Counted from the stretch's first letter, positions 1 to 10,912 are shown. The stretch: 64,000 nt of DNA from an uncultured delta proteobacterium (GCA_963804165.1 CAWDPO010000040.1:1-64000); one strand, 5' to 3'. Made by a program: numbers and translations. Notes: generated by a model not told the origin, from the letters alone.

Positions 1-649
1 ATCAAGTGGGAAGGGAAACCTATTTCGGTTTCCATCTCTACTGAGCGGCTTACCCGGATAGAGTTCGCCGAAAACTTGCGATCGGTCTTCCTCAGCCGGT
101 CGGATATCGGTGTAGAGAGGGAAGAGAGGTCGCTCTATGTGCGAGCGCTCGCGCCGGATGTAGATGATGCTCTTTTTGTCGTCGGAGAAAGCGGGACGAC
201 GTACGAGTTGAATCTCTCTGTTTCCGACAATCCCGATCAAACCGTCGTCATCTCATCTATCACTAAATCCCTGCTCGCTCAGGCGGAGCAGGCTAAGCAA
301 GTGCCCGCTCTGGATCTCATGCGCTCGATGATGCGCGGTCTGCCGGTGGATGGGTACGAAATCATCAAGGCAAATCGCAAAGAAGTTTATCGCGACGCCT
401 CTCTCTCCATGAAGCTTATCGACGTGTACCGCTCGCCTGTGCTGCATGGCTATGTCATCGAAGTGGAAAATCTCGCCGAGTTTCCGGTGCTCTTGAGAGT
501 TCAAGAGATCGACTTTGACGGCATGGTCACTATCTCCGCCAACGATGAGTTCCTACAACCGCGGCCGAAAAAGGCGAGTGAAGTCGTCCAAGAGTGAGTT
601 TCGCACTCGCCTCTACATCGTCGCTCTCCCTGCGACGGGTCGTTATTAA
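1..649 (+). CDS. traK: F-type conjugative transfer protein TraK (5'-partial; probable frameshift near 595)
   Basis: Frame is open from base 1 (IKWEGKPISVSISTERLTRIEF...). A TraK-like C-terminus (TRLYIV) continues in a shifted frame to TAA at 649. Directly upstream of traB. Confidence 0.7.
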
Positions 650-662
650 GGAGTAATCAATC

Positions 663-1784
663 GTGTCTGTTCTGGATGAGTTGAAATCGAAGCCGTGGTT
701 TCCCTGGGCAGTTGGTGGTGGTCTGGTTCTGCTGCTGTTCTGGCTGCTCTTCTGGTCCACACCGGACCCGCTACCGACGAAGGCGAGCAGAGATCCTAAA
801 AGTAAGGATCAGAAAGAAGGACTTTACGATCTCAAGATCGGCTCGTGGCAAAACCGGGTGGATCAGGACCTTGAAGCGACGAGAAAACAGATCGCTGAGA
901 TGGATTCGAAGCAACAGGAAATCCGAGATCAGTTCAAAGGCATCGGTGACGCCTTATCGGATCTCACAGTGCAGATGAAAGAGGAAAGAGATTTCAGACG
1001 TTCAGCGCTCAAGACACCGATCTCCGAGCAGAAATCTGCGGGCAATGGAATTACCGTCATGCGTTTTGGGGTGACGAAGTCCTCAATCCCAGAGCGGTCT
1101 GGGAAAACCAAAGCCGAGGTTCCTGGTGTAAAGCAAGTTTCTTATCTTCCCGGCGGCTCCATGGCGCGTTCGGTTCTATTGACCGGCACGGATGCGCCTG
1201 TCGGCGGAAAGCCTTTTCCAGTCCTGGTTGCGTTGAAGGAAGCTTTCGCTTCGCCCAACTCTTACAGCGTGCCGCTCAAGGGATGTTTCGCCCTGGGCAA
1301 AGCCGAAGGGAACGCCAGCTCGGAGCGGGCGGATATTCAGATCGTCAGGATGTCGTGTGTTCTGCCGGATGGAAAAGCTTTCGAGCAAGAAGTCACGGGA
1401 TATCTGGTCGGAGAGGACGGGAAGCAAGGCATTCCCGGAAAACTCGTCGACAAAGAAGGGCGAAAGATCGCCTTCGCGGCGATCGCCGGCGTCGGGGCCG
1501 GACTCGCGCGCGCCTTCGGTCAGCAGCAGGTGACCAATGTCGTCACGGATTCCGGTTCGGTTACTTCCGCCGTGACCGGCGATGCTTTGACCTTCGGTCT
1601 CGCGAGCGGCGCACAGGGCGCCGCCAGCGAGATGCAGAAATATTTTCAGAAACAAGCGGAACGACTTTTTCCAGTCGTTGAGATCGATGCCGGTAAGAAT
1701 GTCACGCTGGTCATGCTCTCGGGAGTCAAAGTCTCGGGACTGGAAGCGATGAACAGGACCGACGTAAGGAGGGGCCTTGATTAG
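663..1784 (+). CDS. traB: TraB/VirB10-like pilus assembly protein
   Basis: N-terminal TM, coiled coil, YLPGGS...LLTGTDAP, GCFALG...SSERA, DGKQGIPG and PVVEIDAG motifs. Confidence 0.9.
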   Translation: MSVLDELKSKPWFPWAVGGGLVLLLFWLLFWSTPDPLPTKASRDPKSKDQKEGLYDLKIGSWQNRVDQDLEATRKQIAEMDSKQQEIRDQFKGIGDALSDLTVQMKEERDFRRSALKTPISEQKSAGNGITVMRFGVTKSSIPERSGKTKAEVPGVKQVSYLPGGSMARSVLLTGTDAPVGGKPFPVLVALKEAFASPNSYSVPLKGCFALGKAEGNASSERADIQIVRMSCVLPDGKAFEQEVTGYLVGEDGKQGIPGKLVDKEGRKIAFAAIAGVGAGLARAFGQQQVTNVVTDSGSVTSAVTGDALTFGLASGAQGAASEMQKYFQKQAERLFPVVEIDAGKNVTLVMLSGVKVSGLEAMNRTDVRRGLD

Positions 1785-2217
1785 AATCACTGCCACACTT
1801 GTCCTTGTTGGTTTTCTCCAGGCCTGTTCCACAACCGATCCCAAAGCGATCCGAGATCCGATTTCGGTCTACAAAGACGGCATGGAGCAGGGGAATAAGG
1901 CGATGCTCGACGAAGTTCGAACTAAGCTCAAACAGAAGAATGCTTACGGTTCCGTCGAGCCTTACAATCCGTTGAGGCTACCGCCCGACATTCGCAAGGT
2001 CTGGATCGTCGAGCATCCGAATGAAGCGGGCGATCTGATCCAGGGGCACTGGGTTTTCATGGTGGTGGAGCCCGGACGGTGGGTATCACCCACGGTGCCG
2101 GCCATTCATCCGCAGAGCGAGACGAGAACGCCAACCGCTATTCCGGTGATCGAGGACAAACCCGGCCCGAATTCTCCCGGTTCGCAGAACAGACGGAATG
2201 ATTCTCAAGGCGAGTGA
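1777..2217 (+). CDS. traV: TraV-like T4SS lipoprotein
   Basis: Lipobox LQAC; PLRLPPDIRKVWI...GDLIQGHWVFMVVEPGRW is typical of TraV; follows traB. Confidence 0.8.
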   Translation: MIRITATLVLVGFLQACSTTDPKAIRDPISVYKDGMEQGNKAMLDEVRTKLKQKNAYGSVEPYNPLRLPPDIRKVWIVEHPNEAGDLIQGHWVFMVVEPGRWVSPTVPAIHPQSETRTPTAIPVIEDKPGPNSPGSQNRRNDSQGE

Positions 2218-3070
2218 GTTCAAGTTTCCCGATGCATTGCGCGCAAAATTTCCCGTGATCGTACGAGCATCGCCTCCGGAAGGCTGGCCGCGCGGCGTGG
2301 TGATGGTGAGCGACGGCAAGATTCCATACCGAAACTTTTTGCAAATCATCGGCACTGCGCCAGATACGGAGTTCGAAGCTCAACTCGGCGACTACCAGGA
2401 CAACGACCCAAGAATGATTCTTTCCATGCTCGAAGAAATCTCACTCAACTGCCCGCTCAGAGAAGACGAGGCAGAAGCAATTAAGAAGGAATATCAGACC
2501 GCTTCAGATGACGCAGCGGAAAGCAGGCCGCCGCTCTTTGTCCAGGGGCTCATCTCACCCGTGTTCCATGCGTTCGAAAACGGCATGCTCTCCTTTTCCT
2601 CCGCTCTGTCCTTGTCCCTCTATACGAGTCCTGACGCTCAACGGGAGATCGTCGGACTTAAATTTGCCGACGAATCACCCGAGATAGTGCTGAGGAATAT
2701 CACCGATCCCTTTTACGCCGGAGACATTCTCAACCGGCTGGCGCGGGAGCCGGGAAGGCTCAAGATCCTTGGCTACGACAATCTCCGAGTCTTTCTCAAA
2801 GAGCGTTCACCTTTCTCGTATGGCCGAAGCCGCTTTCTCATGCGCCTCGCCGCTGCGATCCCCGCTCAAAAGCGAGAAGGGCTCACGAGCGATCATGGTG
2901 AACTGCTCCTGAATATCGACCAGAAGAAGAGGCAAGCGCTCTTTCGCGGCGAGAGCATTTCCATCGACGGAAAATCAGTCGACTTCGAACAACTCATCAC
3001 CTTGAACCGAGAAGAGGCACGACGGCTCATTCGAAAAATCAGAGAGGAAAAGCGTGGCACTCAGGCTTAA
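2198..3070 (+). CDS. Hypothetical protein in the tra operon
   Basis: 290-aa ORF overlapping traV and traC; no recognised motif. Confidence 0.7.
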   Translation: MILKASEFKFPDALRAKFPVIVRASPPEGWPRGVVMVSDGKIPYRNFLQIIGTAPDTEFEAQLGDYQDNDPRMILSMLEEISLNCPLREDEAEAIKKEYQTASDDAAESRPPLFVQGLISPVFHAFENGMLSFSSALSLSLYTSPDAQREIVGLKFADESPEIVLRNITDPFYAGDILNRLAREPGRLKILGYDNLRVFLKERSPFSYGRSRFLMRLAAAIPAQKREGLTSDHGELLLNIDQKKRQALFRGESISIDGKSVDFEQLITLNREEARRLIRKIREEKRGTQA

Positions 3071-5526
3071 AGAATATCGCTCCGGTTTCGATCGCGGGCC
3101 GGCTCTGGCGGACTTTCTTCCCTATGACAGCCACGATGACGGACTATTCATCCTGAAAGACGGCAGTCTGGGCATGATGTGGTCCCTCGCCACTATCACC
3201 GAGGAAGGTTTGTCCGAGGACGAGCGTAATCGCGTGAGAATCGCCATCGAAGGCGTAGTCATGCGGATACCGACGGAGCTCGCCTGTCAGATCATTCTGG
3301 TTTCTTCATCGCGCATCGAGCCTGTGCTGCAGAGCTTTCTCTCCATCGGTAACCTGGCGGACTCGATGACCAAGCTCTTTCTCGACAGCCGGTTAGAAAT
3401 CATCCGCGATGCTTCGAAGAACGGTTTCCCGGGAAGCGGCGGCGAATTCCGGCCGAGAATACTCTCGATTTATTTCACGATTCGCTACTTTCTCGGCTGG
3501 CAGAAGCCGGGACTGTCCGATTCTCTATTGTCGGTACTGGTCCGGCCGGGTCTTTTGAAGAGTTCCTATGAGACTTCCTACAAGCGGGGAAAAGAAAGAT
3601 TCGGCCGCCTGGCACGCTTCGCCGAAGGGATACTGGCAGGGGCCGGCTTCGGTCCGAAACCGGTCTCGCCGCAGGAGCTGATCTCGATTCTATATCCACT
3701 CTTAAATCCTGTGAGGTCAATCCATCTCGGCGAACCTATTTATCGTCCTGGTCAGAGCCTCTCCGAACAGATGGCGCTTTCGACCATGAGCGTGCTGCCG
3801 CAGGGGCTCCAATGCGAAAACGTCGAAACCCGCGTGATTTCATTGGAACAGTCTCCCGAAGCGACTTTTCCCGGGATGATCTCCGATCTTCTCAAGATGA
3901 ACGGCGATTATCTGATGGCGATCAACTTCCACGTGCCGTCCAAAGAAAAGGAGATGCAGTTTCTCAAGATCAAGGGGGCGCTCGCTTTCACCCACCGCTT
4001 CAACGTTCTCGGCGACATCTCCATAGAAGCTCAGGCGGTCAAACGAGACATCGATGAGACCACCGAGCGGATGTTTACCGGAGCGACCCGAACGGTGCTT
4101 TTCAACCTTCATATCGTCCGCCACGGAGAAGCGGAGGAGCTTGAATCCAGAGTGAGTGAAACGCTGGACAGGCTGCACGGTCTCGGCTGCGAGGGTGTCG
4201 TGGAGGAACTGATAGGAGATTCTCTCACGTTGGCGTCACTGCCCTTCGGCTACGATCCAGCCAACGATAGATTCGTCAGGCGCGAGCGGCGCTGGCCGTC
4301 GGATAATTTCTCCGATGCGCTTCCTGTATTCGGCGACTGGCGCGGTACGGCAAGGCCGGTGTTTCTTTATTTCAGCAGGCGGGGTGCGCCGATCGCCTTT
4401 GACCTCTTCGATAATGAAGCGCCCCACGCGGTCATCTCCGGCGCCACGGGAGCAGGAAAATCAGTCCTGGTAAACGACATGATCGCCCAGGCGCTGAGGC
4501 TCGATCCGATGATTTTCATCATCGACAAGGGCGGCAGCTACGAGAGGATCTGCGAGCTTTTCGGCGGACAGTATTTCACCGTTGACCTGGATCATCCCCT
4601 GGCGGTCAATCCCTTCGCCGGCGAACTTACTCGCGAAAAACAGGCGCTCCTCACGACACTGATCGTCGCCATGGCCACGCGCAACGACGAGCGGGAGCAT
4701 TTGGACTCGGAGCGGGTCGGGGATCATCGAAGAAGCGCTGGTAAAGCTCTATCAGAGGGTCAAAGACCGGGAGATCCAGCTTTCGGATCTGACGGAAGTG
4801 CTGGTCAAAGATTACGGCGAAAGAGGGAAGGGACTGAGACAGCGGCTGTTCGCGTTCACCCGCGAGGGTCAGTTCGGCATGTTCTTCGACCGGCCCAACG
4901 AATTAAAAGCCCAATCGAGTTTCAACGTATTCGATCTCAAGCGGCTGGACGGCTATCCGGAGCTGCAGGCGTCTTTTCTTCTCGTCACCATGAACTTCAT
5001 CATCTCAAGCATTCAGTCCACCGATCCGGGACGACCGAAATATCTTTTCATCGACGAAGCCTGGGCGCTGCTCAAGAACGAGGCTTCGGCCAGATACGTT
5101 GCCGAAGCGTTCAGGACCTATCGGAAACTCGGTTGCGCCGTCGTCGCTGTCAGCCAGGCGGTGAGCGATTTTCTTTCGGTCCCGGGCGGGAAGACCATTC
5201 TTCAGAATGCGCCGATCAAAATTCTCCTTCGCCAGGAGCGGGAAACCGTCTCGACTCTCAAAGAGGAATTGAAACTATCGCCGGAGGAAGTCCAGCTCGT
5301 AAGCTCCGTCACGACGGTGCCGGGAGTGAGATCCGAGTTTTATCTGAGAACCAGCTGGGGAAGCGGAGTAGGAATTCTCTATCTCTCGCCCATCATGTAC
5401 TGGGTCACGACCACTGACTTCAGAGACATCGAGCGGTACCGGCGAAAGCTTGCTGAATTTAACGGCAATCAAATCGAAACCATAAAGGCACTTGCCAGAG
5501 AAGATGTAAGGAGGACAGCCATATGA
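3054..5526 (+). CDS. traC: TraC/VirB4 ATPase, frameshifted near 4715
   Basis: Walker A GATGAGKS and IIDKGGSY in 3054..5417; Walker B FIDEAW and RKLGCAVVAVSQ in the shifted frame 4798..5526. Confidence 0.9.
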
Positions 5527-5534
5527 AAAGTAAT

Positions 5535-5660
5535 AGCCTGCTGAAAAAGGCCCATCTGTTTCGTTGCGCTCGAATCACTCGCTCCAACGTACTGCCGGAG
5601 TACGCCTGCGCTCGGCGGATTCATCGCGCGCCTCGCATCTGGAACCTTTTTGATCAGGCT
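5535..5660. repeat. 126-bp MITE/REP-like palindromic element, copy 1
   Basis: Terminal inverted repeats AGCCTGCTGAAAAAGG / CCTTTTTGATCAGGCT (14/16) with an internal CGTAC...GTACG hairpin; similar to 11559-11684. Confidence 0.7.
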
Positions 5661-5695
5661 CCGGGAAAGACGTTTTCGGCAATCTGTAGGAGAGA

Positions 5696-6074
5696 TGATC
5701 TTGGTTGGATGCGTTGCTTATGTTGAGCGGCTGCGCTGCCGCCGTGGCGACGGACGGAGAAATTGCATCCACGGAGAATCCCGAAACATCGTTCGCGACC
5801 TGTTCTTATCTCAGAACGCAGGCAAGCTTCCTGCAACGATCTGACGAAAGCATACAACGAAGGGTTCAGGGCCGGCAAGGAAATCATTGCCGCCGAGTTT
5901 CGGACCAGGACGGAATTGAACCAACCCTACGTCTGGAAGCCGCCGATGATAAGCGAAGTCGATATGCCCGCGCGCGTCGTCAACGGGGTGATGATCCCGG
6001 CGCACAGAGAACTTGTGATCGTGAGACCGGGTTATTGGGTGCGGACGGAAAGTCTGTTCCAACCAGTTCCCTGA
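5696..6074 (+). CDS. Second TraV-like lipoprotein (frameshifted)
   Basis: Lipobox LSGC in frame 5705; C-terminus PARVVNGVMIPAHRELVIVRPGYW in frame 5763..6074 resembles the TraV tail. Confidence 0.5.
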
Positions 6075-6365
6075 TCACACAAGCTCAAGTCGCAAGCGGC
6101 GACCAATCGCCGTCGCCGCACGGCTCAAGGTCCCCAAGGTCACACTGTCATTGTCTGGATCGAGCAAGCGGTTAAGCTGGACGCGACTGGTGGCCATGCG
6201 CCGCGCCATTTCGGTGCGGGTAAGCTTTTGTTGCTGCATCGCCTGTTCAATTTGCCATGCCACGACTTTCTTGATCGAGGCGTTGGTGGCTTCCTCGTAA
6301 ATGCCTTCCTCTTTGAGCCAGTCATCGAACCGCCCGCCGATATGACGGTTTTTGCGTTTCTTCAT
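6075..6365 (-). CDS. XRE/HTH antitoxin (HigA-like)
   Basis: NRHIGGRFDDWLKEEG...LTRTEMARRMATSRVQLNRLLDPDN; start overlaps the toxin stop (ATGA). Confidence 0.85.
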   Translation of the reverse strand: MKKRKNRHIGGRFDDWLKEEGIYEEATNASIKKVVAWQIEQAMQQQKLTRTEMARRMATSRVQLNRLLDPDNDSVTLGTLSRAATAIGRRLRLELV

Positions 6366-6505
6366 CGTTTCGCCTCCTTCATTCGTCTCCTTGCCATTTT
6401 CAGATCGCTCGGCGGCGTCTTTTGCGTTTTCTTGATGAAGCCGTGCAGCAAAAGCAATTCGCCAGCGATCACACAAAACAACACGCGGGCTATGCGTCGA
6501 CTGGA
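6362..6505 (-). pseudogene. C-terminal remnant of a RelE/HigB-like (DUF891/Gp49) toxin
   Basis: Translates RIARVLFCVIAGELLLLHGFIKKTQKTPPSDLKMARRRMKE*; N-terminal half absent. Confidence 0.75.
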
Positions 6506-6563
6506 GTGGATTGGGCGGTAAAATCGGCTTGTTGAGTTCTGCCGATTACGGTTAATACCGCAA

Positions 6564-7193
6564 CTATGGACTCGGTCCGTCTGGCCGCCCGGCGGTTCGT
6601 TCGAGTTGAGCTTTCAGGGCGCGATTCTCTTCCAGCAGCGGCGCCATCAGGCGCTCGACTTCCGCCGGGGAAAAACGCGGCGTGATGTGTTGCGGGCAGT
6701 TCCAGTCGAACGCTTCGATGGTGAACACGACGGCACGTTCGACGCGGGCGTGGTAATTCGTATCCTGAAGTTTGGCGATGAGCTCGAGGTCTTCGCTTCG
6801 GTCGACGAGGCGTGCGCGCGCCCAAAGTTTTAGTCGCTGTTGATTTGGGTAGTCCATGATAAACAGCGCGACGCGATTGTCGACGTTCAAGTTGCCGATG
6901 CTGATGTACTGCTTGTTGCCGCGGAAGTCGGCGAAGGCGAGGGTCTTGTCATCCAATGCTTTCAAGAAACCCTTCGGGCCGCCGCGGTGCTGCACATAGG
7001 GCCAACCCGTTTCGCTCACCGTTCCCATGTAGAAACTATCGCACAGCGCGATGAATTCGATTTCCCGTTCGGTCAGACGATCGCCGCGCTCTGGGTCCAT
7101 ATCAAATTTCTGATAAGCCCGCCGGCTGCCGTTACGAGTCTGTGCTGCCTTGACCGAATCGGTGAAAGCGATCTCCGCGAATGCCCGTGCCAT
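6564..7193 (-). CDS. Pyridoxamine 5'-phosphate oxidase-family FMN-binding protein
   Basis: GWPYVQHRGGPKGF, FADFRGNKQY and DWNCPQHITPR motifs. Confidence 0.85.
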   Translation of the reverse strand: MARAFAEIAFTDSVKAAQTRNGSRRAYQKFDMDPERGDRLTEREIEFIALCDSFYMGTVSETGWPYVQHRGGPKGFLKALDDKTLAFADFRGNKQYISIGNLNVDNRVALFIMDYPNQQRLKLWARARLVDRSEDLELIAKLQDTNYHARVERAVVFTIEAFDWNCPQHITPRFSPAEVERLMAPLLEENRALKAQLERTAGRPDGPSP

Positions 7194-7232
7194 AAATTAC
7201 TCCTAAACAAATGTTCTTGAGTTACGTACAGC

Positions 7233-8145
7233 CTACTTGAGATGGCGTGCGAGGAAGTCGCGCATTAGATTAGCGATTTCCTCGCCATGGGTCTCAAGGG
7301 CGAAGTGACCGGTGTCGAATAGATGCACCTTAGCGTTCGGCAGGTCGCGCTGGTAGGGCGCCGCGCCGGCTGACGACGAAGATCGCATCGTTCTTACCCC
7401 AGAGCACGAGCGTCTGCGGCTTGTGCTGGCGGAAGTAGGCCTGCCATTGCGGATACAAAGGAATGTTGGTGCGGTAGTCGTAGAAAAGATCGAGTTGGAT
7501 CTCGGCATTGCCCGGCCGGTCGAGCAGCGCTTGGTCCAAGGTCCAAGTGTCGGGGCTAACTAATGATAGGTCCTTGACGCCGTTGGTGTACTGCCATTTA
7601 GTCGCCTTGATCGAGGTCAACCATCGAATCGCCTCGCGTTCAGTCGACCCACCGGTACGCCAATATGCCTTGATCGGGTCCCAAAACTGTTCGATGCCTT
7701 CGTTGTAGGCGTTGCCGTTTTGGACGATGAGCGCGGTGATCTTTTCCGGATTCTTTGCCGCCAAGCGAAAGCCGATCGGTGCGCCGTAGTCCATCACATA
7801 CAGGGCATAGCGGTTCGCGCCGAGTTGCCCCAAAAGCTTGTCGATCACCTGGGCGTAGTTATCGAAAGTATAGGTGAACTCGGAACGCTCGGGCATGGCG
7901 CTCTGGCCAAAGCCCGGGTAGTCGGGTGCAATGACGCGATATTTGTCGGCCAACTGCGGGATCAGATTGCGAAACATATGCGACGATGTCGGAAAACCAT
8001 GCAGTAGCAGCAACACTGGAGCGTCCAACGGTCCCGCATCGCGGTAGAACACATCGATGCCATCAATGTCGGCCTTGTGGTATTGAATCCGCATGGGCGC
8101 GGTGACCGTGGGCCTTTCATTGTTGATAGAAATTGTCGCGTTCAT
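7233..8145 (-). CDS. Alpha/beta hydrolase, frameshifted near 7370
   Basis: LLHGFPTSS, nucleophile region MDYGAP; catalytic His (TGHFALE) in the shifted frame. Confidence 0.85.
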
Positions 8146-8280
8146 GATATTCTCCCCCTCCGTGGTTTGATCTATGGGTTAGTAAACTGTGCGTCGCCAA
8201 CAACCGCACTATGCTTTATTGCTCGTGATTGCAGAATACCCATTCGGGGCAATTCACTCTTGCGCAGGGCGGAACAATCG

Positions 8281-9180
8281 ATGGACCGATTGCATTTGAT
8301 GACTGTGTTTGTGGCGGTGGCGGAGACCGGGAGCTTCACGGCGGGGTCGCGCCGCTTGGGCATGTCGCCGCCGGCGGTGACCAGGGCGATCGCGGCGCTG
8401 GAAAAGCGGTTGGGCGTAAAACTATTTAACCGCACGACCCGATTTGTCCGAACCACTGAAGCCGGGCAGCGCTACTTGGAAGACTCGCGCCGCATCATAG
8501 GCGAAGTCGACGACGCCGATGAGGCCGTGGTCGGAATCAACGCCGCGCCGCGCGGTCATTTAGCGGTCACTGCGCCGGTGCTGTTCGGCAAGATGTTTGC
8601 GCTACCGACGATCGTGGAATATTTACGCCGCTACCCGGCGATGGAGGTGTCGGCGCTGTTTGTCGACCGGGTGGTCAATTTGTTGGAGGAGGGGTTGGAT
8701 CTCGGCATCCGCATCGGCGAATTGCCGGACTCCAGCATGAAAGCGCTCAGGGTCGGATCGGTGCGCCGGGTGCTTTGCGCGTCGCCGCGCTATCTCAAGC
8801 AGCACGGCACGCCGACAGACCCAGCGGCGCTGGCAAAGCATACGATCATCGCCGCCAGCGGCGTGAGCCCCTCAAGCGAGTGGAAATTTCGCCACGGCAC
8901 GAAGTCGATCACGGTGCGAGTGCAACCGAAACTCACGGTCAACAGCAACGACGCTGCGATCGAAGCCGCGGAAACCGGCTTTGGCATCACGCGGCTGCTG
9001 TCCTATCAGATCGCACCACAGCTGGCGCCGGGACGGCTGAAAATTATTCTGCCCGAATGGGAACCCGCGCCGATGCCGATCCATGTGATCCACCGCGAAG
9101 GACGCTACGCCGCGGTGAAAGTGCGAGCCTTCGTCGATTTGATCGCCGACAAACTGAGGAATGACCGCGCGTTAAGATGA
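8281..9180 (+). CDS. LysR-family transcriptional regulator
   Basis: HTH GSFTAGSRRLGMSPPAVTRAIAALE...LFNRTTR; divergent from the hydrolase. Confidence 0.92.
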   Translation: MDRLHLMTVFVAVAETGSFTAGSRRLGMSPPAVTRAIAALEKRLGVKLFNRTTRFVRTTEAGQRYLEDSRRIIGEVDDADEAVVGINAAPRGHLAVTAPVLFGKMFALPTIVEYLRRYPAMEVSALFVDRVVNLLEEGLDLGIRIGELPDSSMKALRVGSVRRVLCASPRYLKQHGTPTDPAALAKHTIIAASGVSPSSEWKFRHGTKSITVRVQPKLTVNSNDAAIEAAETGFGITRLLSYQIAPQLAPGRLKIILPEWEPAPMPIHVIHREGRYAAVKVRAFVDLIADKLRNDRALR

Positions 9181-9308
9181 CTTCTAGAGGCTGGCCCAAG
9201 CGATTTGCTATCTCACGCGCTTCCAGCCACGGAATTAGCCTTGCACTGACCCAACTTTGACGCCTTTCCCAGCGGCGCACATGCTGCCGCGTGGCGTAAG
9301 ATCTCCGC

Positions 9309-9335
9309 AGACTGCGGCGACGCCGCAGTCTTTTC
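9309..9335 (+). terminator. Perfect GC-rich palindrome followed by T's (probable terminator)
   Basis: AGACTGCGGCG-A-CGCCGCAGTCT then TTTC, downstream of lysR. Confidence 0.45.
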
Positions 9336-9370
9336 CTCGTCCGAGGAATCGTTCTTTGAAAACTCGTCAA

Positions 9371-9391
9371 GCCTTCATATTTGTGGGCTGC
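9371..9391. repeat. 21-bp inverted repeat, left copy
   Basis: GCCTTCATATTTGTGGGCTGC is the reverse complement (20/21) of 10840-10860. Confidence 0.8.
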
Positions 9392-9517
9392 AATTTCTCC
9401 TCTTTTTCTCCCGCCTGAGCGTCACGGGCTGAAAAGCCAGCCGACGCGCACAGGATCATGGGCCCTCTTGAACCCTTGGTGACGAGGGCTGAAGGGGGTC
9501 CATGAAAGGAGAATCAC

Positions 9518-10807
9518 ATGTTCAAACTTGAAGAGATCTGTGAGGAACTTTCACAGATTCAAATCCCTATGAGATCCGAGGAACTCGAATCTATAGGGGT
9601 TCATGTTGAAGAGGAGGCCTCCACCGACGAGGTGGAGCGTTTTCAGGATGGCTACATCAGGGACGTCCACAACTGCCTGGCAGAGCGAAGAAGACACGGC
9701 TGCCGTGCAGCGCTGGTCAGGCCCGCGGCAACCGCGGCGATTCTCGAAGTCGATCCGGTAGAGGCTTATCTCATCTGGCAGTTCACCGATTCTTGGCTGC
9801 CCTATATTGAGGAAGACTATCCGGAAAGACATGAGGGAGACGACCGCAGTCCGCTTTCGCCGACGGAAGGGCTACCAGAGGGTTTTGTCGGCTCAGGCGA
9901 TGCGCTTGAGTACGACCTGCCGAACTGGGACGCCATCGCCGAAGCAAAGGCGCAGATTGCCGGTCGAGTGAAGGAGGAGAGGGAACAATATCATCTTCAC
10001 CTTCAGGATCTCGCTAGAGACTTCGCGCGGTTGGGGCCCGAGATGCTGGAATTCATCCGGCATCACAAGGACTCGCTCCTTGATCTCTTGTGGGAGACCA
10101 GTGATTTCCGGTCACGAAAGACATTACGACCGGAAGTGCCGGCACTCAGGATCGCCGAGTCGCGCGAGAGCATCGAAAAGTATCTCGACGCGCTGGTGAT
10201 TTTTCCGGCAGTCAGAGCGGCTCACGGAGATCCGACGGAAGCGAGACAGCGTGTTCGAGAAGCGCTGAGGCTCTTCTGCAACGGAGGCAAAGCGCCCGAG
10301 GGAAAAACTGGAACCGGAAAACATGTGAGTGGTTTCGGTCTCGACCCAAAGGTGTTGATCAAAGCTTCCAGGCTGGAAGAGAGATTTCAGAAAGCCTTGA
10401 TCGCTTATCGTCTTCGTCTGGAGATCTGGGAGGAAGCGCAGAAGTCGCTGAGCCCAAGAGCAAGGCAGCTTCTTCGTCCGAACAATGGGGCGAGCTTCGT
10501 TCAGAAGGTGATCGCCGGGGTCATCCATTCTTTCCCAAAGAAATGGAAGGAAGAGAGGATCAACGGTTCGGTCATCTATCATCCGGCCAATTGGGATGAG
10601 AGCGAGGCTCAAGGCGCTGTTGAGATCAAGACGAAGCCGCTGATCGGATGGGGTTACCTCATCGGCGGATTTAACACACCCGCCGAGGCCTCATCTTTCC
10701 TGGCCAATCCTGAGACCCGGGAGCAGCTGAGCCTTCTTGGTCCGAACTGGATCGAGGAGGTCAAGAGGATCGTCTTTGGCGCCTACAAGCGAGCGCGCAA
10801 AGATTGA
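9518..10807 (+). CDS. Hypothetical protein, 429 aa, acidic N-terminus
   Basis: Strong RBS (AAGGAGA), long ORF, no recognised domain. Confidence 0.8.
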   Translation: MFKLEEICEELSQIQIPMRSEELESIGVHVEEEASTDEVERFQDGYIRDVHNCLAERRRHGCRAALVRPAATAAILEVDPVEAYLIWQFTDSWLPYIEEDYPERHEGDDRSPLSPTEGLPEGFVGSGDALEYDLPNWDAIAEAKAQIAGRVKEEREQYHLHLQDLARDFARLGPEMLEFIRHHKDSLLDLLWETSDFRSRKTLRPEVPALRIAESRESIEKYLDALVIFPAVRAAHGDPTEARQRVREALRLFCNGGKAPEGKTGTGKHVSGFGLDPKVLIKASRLEERFQKALIAYRLRLEIWEEAQKSLSPRARQLLRPNNGASFVQKVIAGVIHSFPKKWKEERINGSVIYHPANWDESEAQGAVEIKTKPLIGWGYLIGGFNTPAEASSFLANPETREQLSLLGPNWIEEVKRIVFGAYKRARKD

Positions 10808-10839
10808 ATCCTGTTGGGCAGCGGCACACTGGATCCCCC

Positions 10840-10860
10840 GCAGCCCACAAATATGCAGGC
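10840..10860. repeat. 21-bp inverted repeat, right copy
   Basis: GCAGCCCACAAATATGCAGGC pairs with 9371-9391. Confidence 0.8.
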
Positions 10861-10912
10861 AACGCTAATTCCCGAAAAAGTCAAAGGTTTTACCATCGAT
10901 TGAAGGCAGTTA

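Noticed and set aside
9309-9335. Palindrome as oriT
   Set aside because: No recognisable nic site and no relaxase in the window; a terminator for lysR is simpler, though oriT is not excluded.
10290-10325. GKTGTGKH in the 429-aa orphan as a P-loop
   Set aside because: His replaces Ser/Thr, there is no immediately preceding hydrophobic strand and no clear Walker B.
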